Positions 39,341 through 54,745 of a stretch of DNA of 64,000 bases are shown here, piece after piece (the stretch's first letter is position 1; each line of letters begins with the position of its first letter). Origin of the DNA: Octopus vulgaris (taxonomy: Eukaryota). The notes below the pieces were generated by a model. It was not told where the DNA came from, searched no databases, and worked only from the letters and a program-made list of their open reading frames with translations. Position numbers and translations under genes: made by a program. The stretch lies in assembly GCA_951406725.2 (NCBI GenBank), contig OX597816.1, positions 96,100,001 through 96,164,000 on the forward strand, written 5' to 3'.

Positions 39341-41051
39341 TCTATATACATAAATGGCAATTTCTGTCTGATTGTAGCGGTGTGTGTGTGTGTGAATTTG
39401 TTACTTTAACTCCGAAACTATCCAACCGATCTTGATGAAACTTGACAGGTGTGTGGGACTTATGCTCATGCGGTCACTTACGCACTTGGAATTTTAAAAT
39501 TAAATCGATAATTTCTAATCGGCATCATTTTTTCAAAAACTAATTGTACATTTCAGTGCAAATTCTCAAATGAATGTTATTTTCTGCTATAACTTTTAAA
39601 GTTTTCAACCGATTTTCTTCAAATTTTATACACTGATGGAATATGTAAGGAAGGGTTGAGAAAAATTTTAATTTTTTTACACACATGCACAAAAATGACA
39701 ATGACACAGGTTCGCTACCAGACTGGTCAATTTTTTTTCGTCAAGTTGGTCTTACTCATTAATATAGATTTGAATTTGACAAAAAATGCCGAAATTCGAC
39801 GAAAAATATTTCACGGGTATAAACAGATATCTTATTAACGGTAATCTCATTAGCATTTGCTAGTTCTGCATGTGAATCGTTCTCATTTGTTAAAACTTAT
39901 TATTTTAATTCGTTGATTTAATTCCCCAGCGTTTCAGGTTTTAAATAAGTGCCTTTTATTTCTCAAGCATTTTCTATTCAGTATTCTTATGCATAACCAT
40001 AGATATATTGACGATCAAACTACATTTATACAAACTTCTACTTATATACAGGGTTTAACTTATCACTATACCCCCTCTTGCGAATACTTTTGGAGTTCAG
40101 ATTTGCGTTAAGTTACTACATGAACCTTAACTCTTATAGAAGGTTCAGGATCTTATATCAGTTTTTTAAGGAGGTATTTTCGTAAGAGCCTCAATTTACT
40201 TAAGAAATTCAGGACTTCTCATCCACCACTGGGTGTGTATGTGTGTTTGTGAATTTGTTACTTTAACTCCTCCAAAACTATCCAACCGTTCTTGATGAAA
40301 CTCGACAGATGTATGCGGTCACTTACGCACTTGGAATTTTTTTTTAAATCTATAATTTTTTATCAGCGTCGATTTTTAAAAAATCAATAGGACATTTCAA
40401 TCCAAATTCTCATATGAATGTTATTTTATGCCATAACTTTTAAAGTTTTCAACCGATTTTCTTGAAATTTTATACACAGATGGAATATGCGCTAAGGAAG
40501 GGTTGAGACGAATAAATTTTTACCTAGGCCACTCAAGCATTCTCAAGTTACTGTAACATATAATTTCTTAACACCTGCACTTAAAATTATCGATTCTAAA
40601 CATTGCAACGTTGTGTGCTAAAACATCTAACATGTATTTTCTTAACACTTAAAATTGTCGGTTCTGACTGTTGCAATCAATATCCGATTCTCACGATCAG
40701 TGAAACTATACCCATGAAACACAGTCGTCAAATTAAGTGCCTTTTCTCTAAATAAATTTTTGTTTACTTTTCAAACTTTCATGTTCTTTTTTTTCATAGC
40801 ACTCTTTTACAATTCCCTTCTTGATGTTTCCATTGGTTATATATTTGCAGCTTTCCACTCATCTTACCAAACGATTGTCGTTTTCCAGTTCGATACGTAT
40901 TTATTTCTATTATTGTTTTGTGAATGAATTTCCTTACGCCTTGTATTATCTGTCCTATGTCTTGATTTCATTTTTCGTCTGAGAAAAATTAGACATTGTA
41001 ATTGGTACTGGGAATATCCGCACTGTCGATATTACCGGGTACCTCAGCTAG
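39341..41051 (+). mobile_element. Non-autonomous Helitron
   Basis: Inserted A|T; starts TCTATATA, ends ccgggtacctcagCTAG. Internal ~300-bp duplication (39380-39680 / 40232-40520). Confidence 0.8.
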
Positions 41052-42552
41052 TAGCATATAAATAGAAATACAGTTCCTTGCAGTAAATTGTTCGGGATTG
41101 CGAGAATTTAGAGGGGTAATTTAAGTTGTGTTATTGAATAAGTACTGTTTCCTCAACCGTAATGGTCTCATGTATCTTATGGTAAACAACAAAGAACAAA
41201 AGTAAAAGTGTAAATATATGAGAATATATCACTTATCAGAATGATTTCCACACAGTTTGATTTTAAGCTAGGAAACCATTAGATCATGCTGAATTTATAC
41301 TGAACATATTTGCAAGAGAAAGATCTTTCTTTACATCAAGGCTTATTCATGGTTGCCACTTCCCTATGCAATGTTGAAGAAATAAAATCATTCATGTGTA
41401 TCTAATATGTACAGGTGGGGCTGCGAAAATATTGCTCAATTAAGTTTTTTTTCTTTTTTCTTTATACCGGACAATAAACGCCACAGCAGAAGTCGGATAA
41501 CAACGAAATCAACTCCAGTCTTTACGAAATAATACAAATGCTAGAAACAAAAAAGTAAGAAAATTGAGCACCAAACTTACAATATAAAACCTCTTTGAAG
41601 AATAGAAAATATTTCATTGTGTAAAGGACTTAGTTAGGAAGTCAGCGAATGTTATAAATGTAATACAAATATTCAGTACTTATTTGGGGAATTGATGTGT
41701 ACCAAACCCAGCAACTGAAATATATTCATCACTAAAAATAGGAACTATCGCTACATATATCAATTAATACATGCGAAAGCTTTCTTAAGGTCCTTAATAC
41801 GTAGTCAAGTCGTGATGTAAACATAGAAGGAACGTCAAATTTATGCGTATACCGTCATCTGGGAACTAAAAGAAAGAGACGTTAGAGGGGATTCTGTGTT
41901 TGTATATGATACGCTAAGAATAAAGAGAACATACGATAGAAACCAGAAAAGGTAAAATATGCCACAGACTCTTTCGTTTGTGGAACATAAACTATATATA
42001 TATATATATTTTAATTTTAGCTTACATTCGTAAATCTCTTTTGGAAATAGAGAGAGATTGAATAAGATTTTGCAGTCTACAGGCAACAATTGCCACAGCA
42101 TTTTCTTCTGATGAGCAGAAATAAAGGTGAAATCCTTCGAGTTCGGTATTGAGAACTTTACATGACGAAGTATTTTCAGTAATCTAAAGAGATTTCATTT
42201 CAGTATTATTAAAATCACATTGGAGCACCTGCACACACACGCAGACACACACACACACACACACAGACACACAGACACAGACACAGACACACACACACGA
42301 ACACATGCGCACACATAATACATGCGTGGGCACACAGGCACAAACGAATGTTCATGAAGTGAAAGGAAGAGACAGAGACAGACTAACAGACAAGCAGGCA
42401 GGCAGGCAGGTAGAGAGGGCACCTAGACAAACGTGAGACAGAGAAGCAGCAAAGCGGTGAGATGGAAGAATATGTAAATAGATTCAAACAAAATAAACAG
42501 TAAAAAGAGACAAAATAAATAGCTTGCTAGCTAGTTAGCTTGATAGATAGAT

Positions 42553-42714
42553 AAGTTTCTTTATTGGCCACACAGGGCTGCACACAGATGGGACAAGTTA
42601 CAAGGTAGAGTTTTTCTTTTGGGGGATGAAAAAAAAAGGGGGGGGTGTAGGTTTTCGATCAAGAGGGATCGTAAAAGGGAAGAAAAGAACAAAAAAGGGG
42701 AGGATTTAAAAAAA

Positions 42715-42715
<1 letters not shown>
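42553..42715 (-). mobile_element. LINE 3' end in (GATA)n tract
   Basis: Minus strand ends ...agccctgtgtggccAATAAAgaaacttatctatc; (GATA)n on both sides. Confidence 0.75.
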
Positions 42716-42782
<67 letters not shown>

Positions 42783-43215
42783 GTGGATGGATGGATGGAT
42801 GGATGGATGGACGGGCGGATGGTTGGCTGGTTGGCTGGCTGATTAAAGAGGTAAAGGGCTAGATAAGTCAGAAATATTCTAATGATGCGAAATATAATTA
42901 CATTATGTTCGTATGAAAATGTTTGACAAAATTATATAGATATATGTATATCTCCAATTTTTCGAAGTTTCCATGATACAAATTATTTAAATTGGTATAT
43001 GGAAAAGTTAGTGACGGTTTAATGAATACAAATTTGTATTTTTGGACGTTATGCGAGAATTATATGCATGAATGAATGTATATATGTATAAATGTGTAAA
43101 TGTACGTGGGATAATTCATGTTTATATCAAAGTAACTATATTTATGTATGTATGTATGTATGTATGTATGTATGTATGTATGTATCTATCTATCTATCTA
43201 TCTATATATCTATCT

Positions 43216-43541
<326 letters not shown>

Positions 43542-44126
43542 ATCTATCTATCTCTTCCTATATATATATATATATATATATTAACATAGATAGATAGATA
43601 GTGAGATAGATAGACATATAGATAGAAAGAAAGAGTGAGAGGGGGATTTGAACACGCATGTATATATATAATTGTTCATATGTGTGTATACGAAAGTATA
43701 CATTATATATGAAGCGTATAAGAGAATATTAAAGGCCTAATAACTTTTATACGCATGCATACGTGTATTATGTATATATCTATGGAGTATGCCTGTATAC
43801 ACACCAATATCTAAATTGATTCATCTGCACATTGTTGTATACAGACAGTTAGATATACATATTTGTGCGTACATATACGGCCATCAATATATGTAGATGA
43901 AATGTACATATCATCATGTGTATAAGTATGAATGCATGTATGTATATGTATGTATGTAGGCATGTGTGGGTGTATATATATATATATATATATATATACG
44001 AATATATATTACATACATGCACACTACCTAATTACATGTATATACATTTACATTATATATCTACCATATCTACCAACATGTATATACACGTGTATATATA
44101 TATATATGTGTGTGTGTACATGTATG

Positions 44127-44183
<57 letters not shown>

Positions 44184-44286
44184 ATACGTATATGCACACG
44201 TACAGATATATATACATGCATACATACATGCATACATGCATGTACATACATACATACATACATACATACATACATACATACATACA

Positions 44287-44320
<34 letters not shown>

Positions 44321-44819
44321 CATACATACATACATACTCTGATACATACGCACGTACATACATACACACATTCGCAAACTACTAAATAGAGAGCAACTTG
44401 TAAATTAAATCATGTTAGAAATCTATCTGAGACTACAATGTAATAGCGGAGCAAGACATGCAGCCGTTTCAGGCAGAAATTGTGAGTGAAATGTCTTATT
44501 AGATCGTTCCCCATGAGAAATACAGTATATATGAAGCTGAAGTGTGTGCCTAAGGCTTGAAGTGTCAACCTAGCAAACAAACTTCGCTTAATTCATAACA
44601 ATTTCGTTGGTTCCAGCTCTTAAGCAGTTCCGATACATGTATGAATGTGCGCATGTATGTGTGCGTAATACTTTATGTGTACATTCAAACGCATAGTGCA
44701 TACGTACAAAAATATCTTATACAAAATTACACCAACATACACACACATATGCATATATGCGTGCATCCTTGCACACACACTAACATATATATCTTCATAC
44801 ATACATACATATATATATC

Positions 44820-44875
<56 letters not shown>

Positions 44876-45023
44876 ATTAATGCATATATACACACAGTAT
44901 ATATGTACATATGTATATGTATATACGTGAGTGTGTGTTTGAGTGCGTGTACGTATATGTGTGTATCTATCTACCTATTATGTATCAGACCCCCTACACG
45001 CACACAAACACACACATGCATAC

Positions 45024-45062
<39 letters not shown>

Positions 45063-45109
45063 TATATGGACATACATATATATATATAGGGACATACATA
45101 TATATATGC

Positions 45110-45140
<31 letters not shown>

Positions 45141-45603
45141 GATATATTTGTATGTGTATATATGTGCGAATCCATACGTACACATACATATACATACATG
45201 CATGCATAGAAAGAATGAGAAAGAGAGAGAGAGAGAGAGGAATATAGTGACAGAGATATATTTATATGATTATGCTATTTCGTGAGAGTATACTGTAAAG
45301 TCCTTAAATTCTTATTCCACATAGACCCTTTGCGTTTACATATAATTCTGTCTTCAAACGCATGCGTGCACAATCACGTACATGCAGAAATATATATATA
45401 TATGTACATACAGATATATACACAAAGATACGCACCTATATGTTTATATATATGCATCTATGAACGTGTATGTGAAAGTGTGTGGATGTGTATGATAGTA
45501 TGTGCGGGCGTATAGTTGTGTGTGTAAAATATGCGTATATATACTCGTATATTCTTTGCGTGCTCTATCTATGTAAGGCAGAAATACACATAGCTAAATA
45601 GCC

Positions 45604-45676
<73 letters not shown>

Positions 45677-45689
45677 TAGACAGATAGAC

Positions 45690-45824
<135 letters not shown>

Positions 45825-46509
45825 CAGAGAGACAGACATACATACAGACAGACAGATAGATAGAGAGGTAGAAAGATATACATACGTGCGTGTGTCTGTA
45901 TGTGTGTGTGTGTGTGTACGTGACTGTATGTACGTATGTATGTATGTACGTATGTATGTGTGTATTTATATATGTGTATGTATATATATGTATGAATATC
46001 CATTCCTCCATCCATCTATCTATCTATCCACCTATCTGTCTGTCTGTGTGTGACTATGTGTGTGTGAGGATACAACCTATATATATATATATGTGTGTGT
46101 GTGTGGGGGGGTTTATATCAACAAGGGAAATATGCGAAGAAAGGCACAAAGCAAAAACCACAATAGTATTGACAACACAATCCCACCAAAAGCAATTGGA
46201 ACCGCACTAGTACAAGGAGACATAATTGTAACGAATTTATCGACAAAACAGTATGTAAATCTCAAACGTTCAACTTCAACATCGATTATAAACAATAAAT
46301 TGAGAAAGAAAATATTGAACGTTTGTGCGTGTGTGTGTGTGTGATATTTATGCTAATTGTAATATCGCAACATATCTCAAAGTGCATGATATATTTGCTG
46401 TCGCATCTAAGTGAGTGGTACATTATTATTCGAAAAAAAATAAATAAATGAAAGCAACTTTGCGTAAGGAAACGTGTGGTGCAAGTTAAATAACTTCTTA
46501 TAAGTGATA

Positions 46510-46765
46510 TGCGTGGTTGCGGTTATGTGGTAAGAAACTTGCTTTCCAACCACGGGGTTCCGGATTCAGTTCCACTACGCGGCGTCTTGGTCAAATGCTC
46601 TTCTACTATATCTTTGGGTCAACCAAATCCATGTGAGTGTATTTGTTAGAAGAAAACTAAAAAAAAAACTCTGTCGGATATATATACGCGCGTATGTGTA
46701 TGTGTTTGTTTGTGTGTTTATTAATCACCATCATTTGGCGGCTTGTGTTGGTAAGTTTATGTCTC
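46510..46765 (+). mobile_element. SINE family A, partial
   Basis: gtggtaagaaacttgc...ttctactatatctttgggtcaaccaaa. Confidence 0.7.
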
Positions 46766-47104
46766 CATGTGTGTGTGTGTGTGTGGGCGTGTGTGGGCGT
46801 GTGCATTTCACAATGAGATCCTGAGTTCGATGTTGCATAAGATTTATGTAGCAAACATACAAGGCCGTCGCAAAGCCCCCGCAACCCCTGCGGTCGCAGA
46901 GGGCCACCGCGGTTGAGAGGCCTCATGTTAAGATCAAAGTACATAGATGAGTCATCTATTTACTTTGGTTAAGATGTTGAACAATAATTAAACTCATTTG
47001 ACAAAACCTTCTTCCAGCCAGTCTGACGACTGGAACAAGTACGAGACAAAATATATCATAAGATAATATATTATGATGTAAAATAATATAATACAATATA
47101 TGCA

Positions 47105-47360
47105 TACGCACGTGACCTAGCGGTTAGGCTGTTGCACTCACGATCTAGCGATCGTGGGTTCGATTCCCAGAGCGGTTGTGTTCTTGAGCAAAACACTTCA
47201 TTTCACGTTGCTCCAGTCCTCATTCGATCAATGGTAAGTGTTGGCCTTCTCGCCTAATCAGCAGAGTGGCGTCGTTTGATGGCTAAAACAATGCAACGCA
47301 CATTGTGATCAGCGATGTGTAACAACATCTGAGAGTCTGGTCGGTCACGTGGTCACGTCA
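47105..47360 (+). mobile_element. tRNA-derived SINE
   Basis: tgacctagcggttagg A box; gggttcgattccc B box; cttgagcaaaacacttc. Confidence 0.75.
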
Positions 47361-47674
47361 TATATATATATATATACACATACACACGCATATGCACACA
47401 CACACACGTATAGTTTTATATAAACCGTGACATAATGCAATAATACATACATATATACATACATACAAACATACATACATACATACATACATACAGATTG
47501 ATAGACAAATAGATAAATAGATAAATAGATATGCATAAGTATATGTGTTTAGATATATTTGAAATCATTAGTAGACCTTGATATTGTTTGACTAATTGTA
47601 GCATAGATTACTTGTTAGGTTGCATTTTTGTGTATGTGCTCTATGTTTAACTCTATATTCAAGTTTTAAGTTTG

Positions 47675-48271
47675 CAGCTCCGTCGTGTGACTTTTAGAGG
47701 CCCTCTACAACTTTTCGTTTCGCGACCCTATCCCTTCAATCAAAATTCATAATCTACGCACCTTTTATTCATAGTTATATTTTATTTTATTCTACCTGAA
47801 TTTCAATATTTCACGTTAACCTAAAAAAACATTCTTAAAGTACAAGTTAAATTTATTTAGGTCAATTATAAAGTGGGCAATAAAGAAATAAATAAAACTT
47901 CCAAATATGAATAAAGGAGCAACTTTTAAAGACAAACACGGCGCACTTTTCGCTTCGCGAAATCCTCGATCAGTTCAGAATAATCAAGCTGAGAGCTAAT
48001 TTGTGTTCAATAGATATCACAGACAATCCACTACGGCCGGTTCTCGTTCGTGATACAATGTAATATTTTATACAACAACTTTTTCAAGTACAATGCATTA
48101 TCCTTTTATTTCTTGAAATTTCCTGTTAACATAGATAGTTTAATTATTGTTCAACATCTTAACCAAAGTAAATAGATGACTCATCTATGTACTTTGATCT
48201 TAACATGAGGCCTCTCAACCGCGGTGGGCCTCTGCGACCGCAGGGGTTGCGGGGGCTTTGCGACGGCCTTG
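47675..48271. mobile_element. hAT-type MITE
   Basis: Imperfect TIRs cagctccgtcg / cgacggccttg; 8-bp TSD taagtttg / tatgtttg. Confidence 0.65.
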
Positions 48272-48391
48272 TATGTTTGCTACATAAAATGCTGCTGTCA
48301 ATTTGTTGAAAGCCAAATTACGTTTCTGAAGTCGATTCCTACTTCATGTATACATGAATATTTGTATAGGTATCTATGTGTGTGTGTGTGT

Positions 48392-48468
<77 letters not shown>

Positions 48469-50854
48469 CGTATGCATTTCACAATGAGATCCTGAGTTTG
48501 ATGTTGCATAAGATTTCCTGGGCAAGCGCCTTATGACAAATACTTTCCATTGGCACATTGTTTCCCTTGTTTGTAACAAAAACTTTAGAAAACACTCCCT
48601 TTGAGTCTGAAACTATACTTTTTGGGTTCTTTCAATCACAACAACAATATCATCATCATCCTCATCATCATCATCATTATTATTTTATTTTCAGACATCA
48701 TCATCATCATCATTATTATTTTATTTTCAGACATCATCATCATTATCATTATTATTTTATTTTCAGACACACTTATAATAGTAGTCGCAGAAAAATGTCC
48801 AATTTGTCACCGAGGAAAACATCTTTTGTTAAGGAACGCATTAGATGCAAGAAGATTCAAATATAACATGCAGATATAATCTCTCGTTATCCAATGCTAA
48901 AAAGGAGACGTGGAACTATCATCAGATTCAAACCTTTTTCCTTAAATGCTTCATTTAATGTTATATATACAAAAATAAAAACTTCCTTATAAAATAAATA
49001 TTTCCTAGTCAACCATTACTATAGACATCTATTTAACATTTTACATTTTACATTTAAGCTGTCTTCAGCTTACAGTAATAAATCAAACTCCAAATTCATA
49101 TTAAATGTAAACCACCTAAGAATAGAAATGCAAATGCATGCTACTTCAACTAGTAGTGTAACCTGAACATAGTTATATACAAAGTATAAGACATATTCTC
49201 AGAAACCGATCTTTAATATAACCTCCATGCAGGTGAAAGGTGGATTTAAACAATCATATTGCTTCCTTCCTATAAATGTAGACGAAATGAATACAACATT
49301 TTAGTGGCATCTGGAATTTGAAAATCTTTATTGGCTTTAATATCAACCTTGACCGATGTATATCATATAGAAATATAATGAAAATTTGCAGGTTATGCAT
49401 CGCAAGAAAGAGCCTCATACCCAGAAGCTTTAACAAATCTGCTGGTAATCTAAATCTAAGATCAGAGAGCTATACGAAATAAATACCCTCTAAAGAATTA
49501 GAAGTTCAAAGCACAATATCATTAATGGAACAATGGTTAATTCTCTTTCGAATATTTCAAACATGTTATCCTTCCACAAAACTGTGAATTAGTACATCTC
49601 ATTATCCATTTCTATTTGATATTCATGAAATCAATATACTTAAGAAATTCACTGAACTTCCATACAAATACCTAAATTTCCATTATTTTAGCCTAACATT
49701 TCTATTTATTGAATTTCATATTCTTGCATTTTTTATTATTTGTATATATTATTGTTTTTTTTTTTCATGTATAATTTTTTTATTGTTTTACTACATCTCT
49801 AAGTGTCCCAAACAAATACGTCACATCTACTTATCTGTAATGAATTATGCCCGAGGCAAACATTTATACAGACTCCCAGTCGGAGATTTTTTATAATTGA
49901 CCTTATTCTTGTATTCTTAGATTCTGTACTACTCGTGGACTTGTATTCAAGAAGTATTATTTTCAATGGTCGATATCAAATTATTTTCTCCTCACCATCC
50001 CTTTTTTTTAACCCATTACTGTATGTAACCTTTTTGATAATGTTCTTTTCAGCCAAAGACAAATAAAAGAAAAGAATCGTTAGAGTGACGGCAAAAAAAG
50101 ACTTACGTTTGTTATCAACGTTCTCAGTTCAAATCCAGTTAAATTAGCATTATCTTTCATCTGTTCAGAATCCTTTAACATAAAGTAGCAGTCAAATACT
50201 AGGATCAACGGTATCAGCTAACTTCCTCTCCTCAAATCTGCTTGCCTTGAGCCTAAATGATTGCAGCAGTGTGCTGGTACTATCGATAGAGCGACGGGAA
50301 AGTGCTTTACAATATTACTTATGGTTAATTAAGTTCTGAATCCAGACAATAAAACAAAGCATCAGACTGGTCTTAGGCGTCGGCGGTATTGACTAACACC
50401 ACTCACAAAAAAATACTGACCTTGTGCCTAAGACAGAAATGTTAATATTATTATTATATTCTTCCCATTTTATATAAAGTAGATCACTTTTCCTTTAAAG
50501 CTGCTCCCTAAACATGCTTAACTTTGCTGAAAATGTACAAAAATTGATGAGCAAGTGGTATGAAAAAAAAAATGGAGAAATACACTGTATTTCCAACTCT
50601 CTTCTGTAGCCTTTCCATGATCACTCTGGTTTCAATCTCTTCCTCTTCAAAACAACTGATCAAGCAGCATATTGGAGCAAAGTCTCGCTACTGTTTACTA
50701 TAGAAAAATCTGGCGTTTTTCTTCTTACGGGACTACATTTTGGCACATTAATCTATACCTTGCAGCGGTTCTCACTCTATGTACAAGCGGGTTACATTTG
50801 CTTTTAGATGGCAAAATTTGAAATTTGTATAAGGCTTTGGTGGTATTCCTCATC

Positions 50855-52705
50855 GACGCCCAGGTTCGTCCCGAGATCGTAGTCGTACCTCCCCTCCACT
50901 ATAGAATGCTTTGGTTGTGTTGAAGTCGCTCAAGGTCAACCTGGGACGGCATAGTTGCTTGAGAGCAACGCGACACTCGCGGTGTCATTCACCCTTCCTC
51001 GGCCTCTTTTTGATCCATGACTGCAGTTCGGTCTTGGAGACGAGCTGCAGGAAAGTCCTTGTCACAAACAGCGACCACACCTAGTCGCAGTCTCAGCGCG
51101 TATCTGTGCATCATCAACCACGACATGCCCAGCCCTCCTTTTAATGGGTATTGGCAGCAAACGGATCGCCTGACGGAATGCATCCTTTCCACAAGAAGCG
51201 AAATAGAATGCGTTCTAGTATGGAGATGGTAGGGTCGGAACAAAGCACGACGGTCAGGCGGCAGTAGATGACGGACGCAATGTACGTGTTCGCCACCTCA
51301 GCCCGACCTTTTAGTGACAGCTTCCTCTCGGCCCATTGCTGGGCGAAAGTGACCACCCTACTCATTATCTTGTCCCAGTCCCAGTTCTTCTCCGTTTGGA
51401 GCAATGCGACCGGGCCGTCGGTCCAGCGTCCCACGACGGAGGCGCTGGTGGACGGCATGGGCATGCTGACTTTTCCCGGTTGATTTTCGCACCTGTTACC
51501 GCTTCATAGTCTTTCAGTGTCTCACCGACCAGCTCGATGTGCTTCTGGCTAGACACTATGACGGTGACGTCGCCCGCGTAAGCAGACATGCTCGTCTCGC
51601 ATCCCAATTCTCGCGGGATGGCCCTCAGCGTCGCCAGCTTCCGCAGTAGTGACTCGAGATTCAATACATATAGAAGCGACGAGAGAGGGCATCCTTGACG
51701 GACCGAACGTGCAATGTCGAAAGGTCTCGACAGATGTGCCTCTGTACAAAGCAGCTATCCAACCGCGGAAGACGGGACCGAAACCAGCCTCTATGAGGAC
51801 AGCCTCTAACTATCGATGGTCTACCCTACTGAAAGCTTTGAATTGATCCAAGTTGATCAGGGCCCCACTCATGCCAAGTTCCTTAACTACCCTGTTTATG
51901 ATGTAAAGCATAAGATAGAGGTTGCCATGCATGCTCCGGCCCGGCACGGCGCACGTTTGCGCCTTGTCAACCAGTTTCTCGATGACAAGCGCCAACCTCT
52001 TGATTAGCAGCTTGGCCAAAATTTTCAAGTCTGCATTAAGCAGACTGATGGGCCTAAAGTTATCTATTACGTCCCCCTTGTTTGGATCTTTCTTCAGCAG
52101 CGTTACAGCTCCCCGGTTCACAAAACCGGGTATGATCCCGTCTTGCTGCCAGTTGCAGTACACTGCTGCCTAGACGTCTCCAAACAAATCAGGCATACAA
52201 CTGTAAAGCTCGTAGGGTAGACCATCCAAACCTGGCGATTTGTCCCTCGCGCATTCTGCCATCGCGGCCCGCACTTCCGTCGCCGTGATGGTACCTTCGT
52301 AGCACTCTATCTCTCTTGTCGAGAGTCGTGGCAGGCTGTGCAGGTAGGAACTGAAGTCCATCCTGCGTTCTCGCTTGCCATTCCCGAACAGTCGGGCAAA
52401 ATACTGTTGAAAGGCCTCGCACATTTTACTTGGCTCGAGTAATTCGCGCTCTTGTTCATCTACCAGAGACCGAATGATAGCTTTGTTGCACTGTTGCACC
52501 TCCGCCACCCGGGCCACCTTCGTTCCTTAGAGTACGTATCCTAGCTCTGACAACACACTCTTCGTGTTTGGCGTTGAAGTGTTGGTCGAGGGCCAACCTC
52601 GCCGCCAAAACGTCAGATATGATGCCACTTCTAATCGCTTCTTCTAGCTTCTTAACAAGGTCACCCTCTACTCTGTTTCTATCTATGGCTAGGAAGACGC
52701 TGCTC
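50855..52705 (-). mobile_element. L1/Tx1-clade LINE ORF2 (RT) pseudogene
   Basis: KSPGLDGLPYELY, FRPISLLNADLKILAK, LDQFKAFSRVDH, SAYAGDVTV, WAERKLSLKGRA; several frameshifts. Confidence 0.9.
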
Positions 52706-53249
52706 GTATATGTCTGTGTAAATACTTGTAAGCTTATGTTACAGGATAACGGTGTTGAAGATAGCAGTAGGTATAATTTTTTAACTTAAACTTGAATTGA
52801 TCTCTTTTACATGTTTAACCAAAAGTTAAATTCATTATTTTTATTTTGCTCGACTTCAGCCTGTGTTTTTGGAATCTTTTAAGGTCGTGTTGGCGTTATT
52901 TGGTGTCTACTTTCAGCGCGTGGAGAGGCATAATGCCAATCCCTTGCTATAATTATGTATATAGTTATTATATTTGTGTACACACACACACACACACGCA
53001 CACACACACACATACACACACACACACACACATTAATAATTAAGGGTGCTCCAAGTGGGTCCAGCACGCTAAAAATAGCAACCTGACGAAAGTCACATAT
53101 CCGAAGTTTGAGACTTTTCAGATGTAGATTTTCGTCCGATTTACTCTGGTGAGATTCTCATCAAAATATTTCTATAATAGGAATTTTTATAAATTTGATG
53201 TTGGTTATTGGGTTTGAATCGAAACAATCGTAGAGATTATATTTATTTT

Positions 53250-53313
<64 letters not shown>

Positions 53314-53315
<2 letters not shown>

Positions 53316-53800
53316 GGTCACAGAAAACGAGAAAGCAACCATACTCTGGGATATGCCGATACACACAGATAGAGAAATTAAGGCCAACAGACCAGATATA
53401 GTTGTCAGAGATCATGAAGAAAAAAAATGCTTTCTAATTGATGTATCAATACCGGCAGATGACAACGTGTCTGTAAAAGAAATGGAGAAACTTTCAAAAT
53501 ACAAAGACCTGGAAATAGAGGTAACCAGAATGTGGAATCTAAGAACAGAAACAATTCCTATCATAGTAAGTGCATTAGGCATGATAAAAAAATATTCAGA
53601 CAAATACATAACAAAAACACCAGGACTTACAAACACATATAACATACAGAAAATTGCACTACTAGGCACTGCACACATCCTACGCAGAACACTTTCCATA
53701 CAATAACCATCAGAGCATCACAACAAATCACAGCACATACCCAAGGCACACAGAGCTGCGCTCGGTAGTGAAGTGAAAGCACACTATAAAAATAAAACTA

Positions 53801-53803
<3 letters not shown>
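53314..53803 (+). mobile_element. R4/Dong-like LINE 3' end inserted in (TAA)n
   Basis: NRPDIVVRDHEEKKCFLIDVSIP...EKLSKYKDLEIEV RLE motif; (TAA)n on both sides. Confidence 0.9.
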
Positions 53804-53852
<49 letters not shown>

Positions 53853-54185
53853 TAATATGTTAATAAATTTGCATATGCCAGTTTAAACTCTCCATTTTCC
53901 TTTTATTATTGCATATTGTGTATGTATATACCTATTTGTATTGGAGAAAACTTTTTCCTACTACATTGGGTATTAAACACGTAAGCATTTAACCAGTGAA
54001 AATTGAATGTTTTACATCCTTATAAGAGGATATATATATATAATATGTCTATATATATAACCACACACATATATATATATATTATATAACGGGAAGTTTT
54101 ACGAAAATAAACAAAAGACGAAGGCAGGTGGAATACAAACAAACAAATGTATTAGTATGGCGCTCAGGAATAGAAATAGAACAAG

Positions 54186-54223
54186 TCTTTTACGTTTCGA
54201 GCCTACGCTCTTCGACAGAAAGA
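54186..54223 (-). ncRNA. Minimal hammerhead motif (A6>U) in a 200-bp (TA)n-flanked unit 54089-54290
   Basis: tcttt CTGTCGA a gagc gtag gctc GAAAC GTA aaaga. Decayed relative at ~10520-10580. Confidence 0.6.
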
Positions 54224-54412
54224 TACACAGAAAAGAAACAAGGAGAGAAACAAGGAGAGAAAAAATGCGTGTAGGAGCTAACGGTCTATCATATATATAT
54301 GTATGTAAATATATCCCTTTACTTTTTACACCTTTACTAGTTTCTGTCATTGGACTGTGGTCATGCTGGAGCATCACCTTATATATATGCATGTATATGC
54401 GTATATACATGA

Positions 54413-54467
<55 letters not shown>

Positions 54468-54696
54468 CGTGTGTGTGTGTGCGTGTGTCTGTGTGCGCGT
54501 GTGTGTATATGTCTGTGTGTCTGTGTGTGTAGTATGTATGCATTTCTACAGTTTTCAACCGATTCTCTCCCTTTTCCCTTTCTGTTTATTTCTCTCTTCT
54601 CTCGCTTCTTCTTATTCTCTGTTCCCCTTCCTTATGCATATTCTCTCTCACTCTCTATAACAGTTCCTCTCTTTTAGCCTATGTCTGTTTCTTTCA

Positions 54697-54745
<49 letters not shown>

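Noticed and set aside
48650-48770. Repeated ttttattttcag splice acceptors
   Set aside because: Part of a ~33-bp minisatellite built on (CAT)n; no exon follows.
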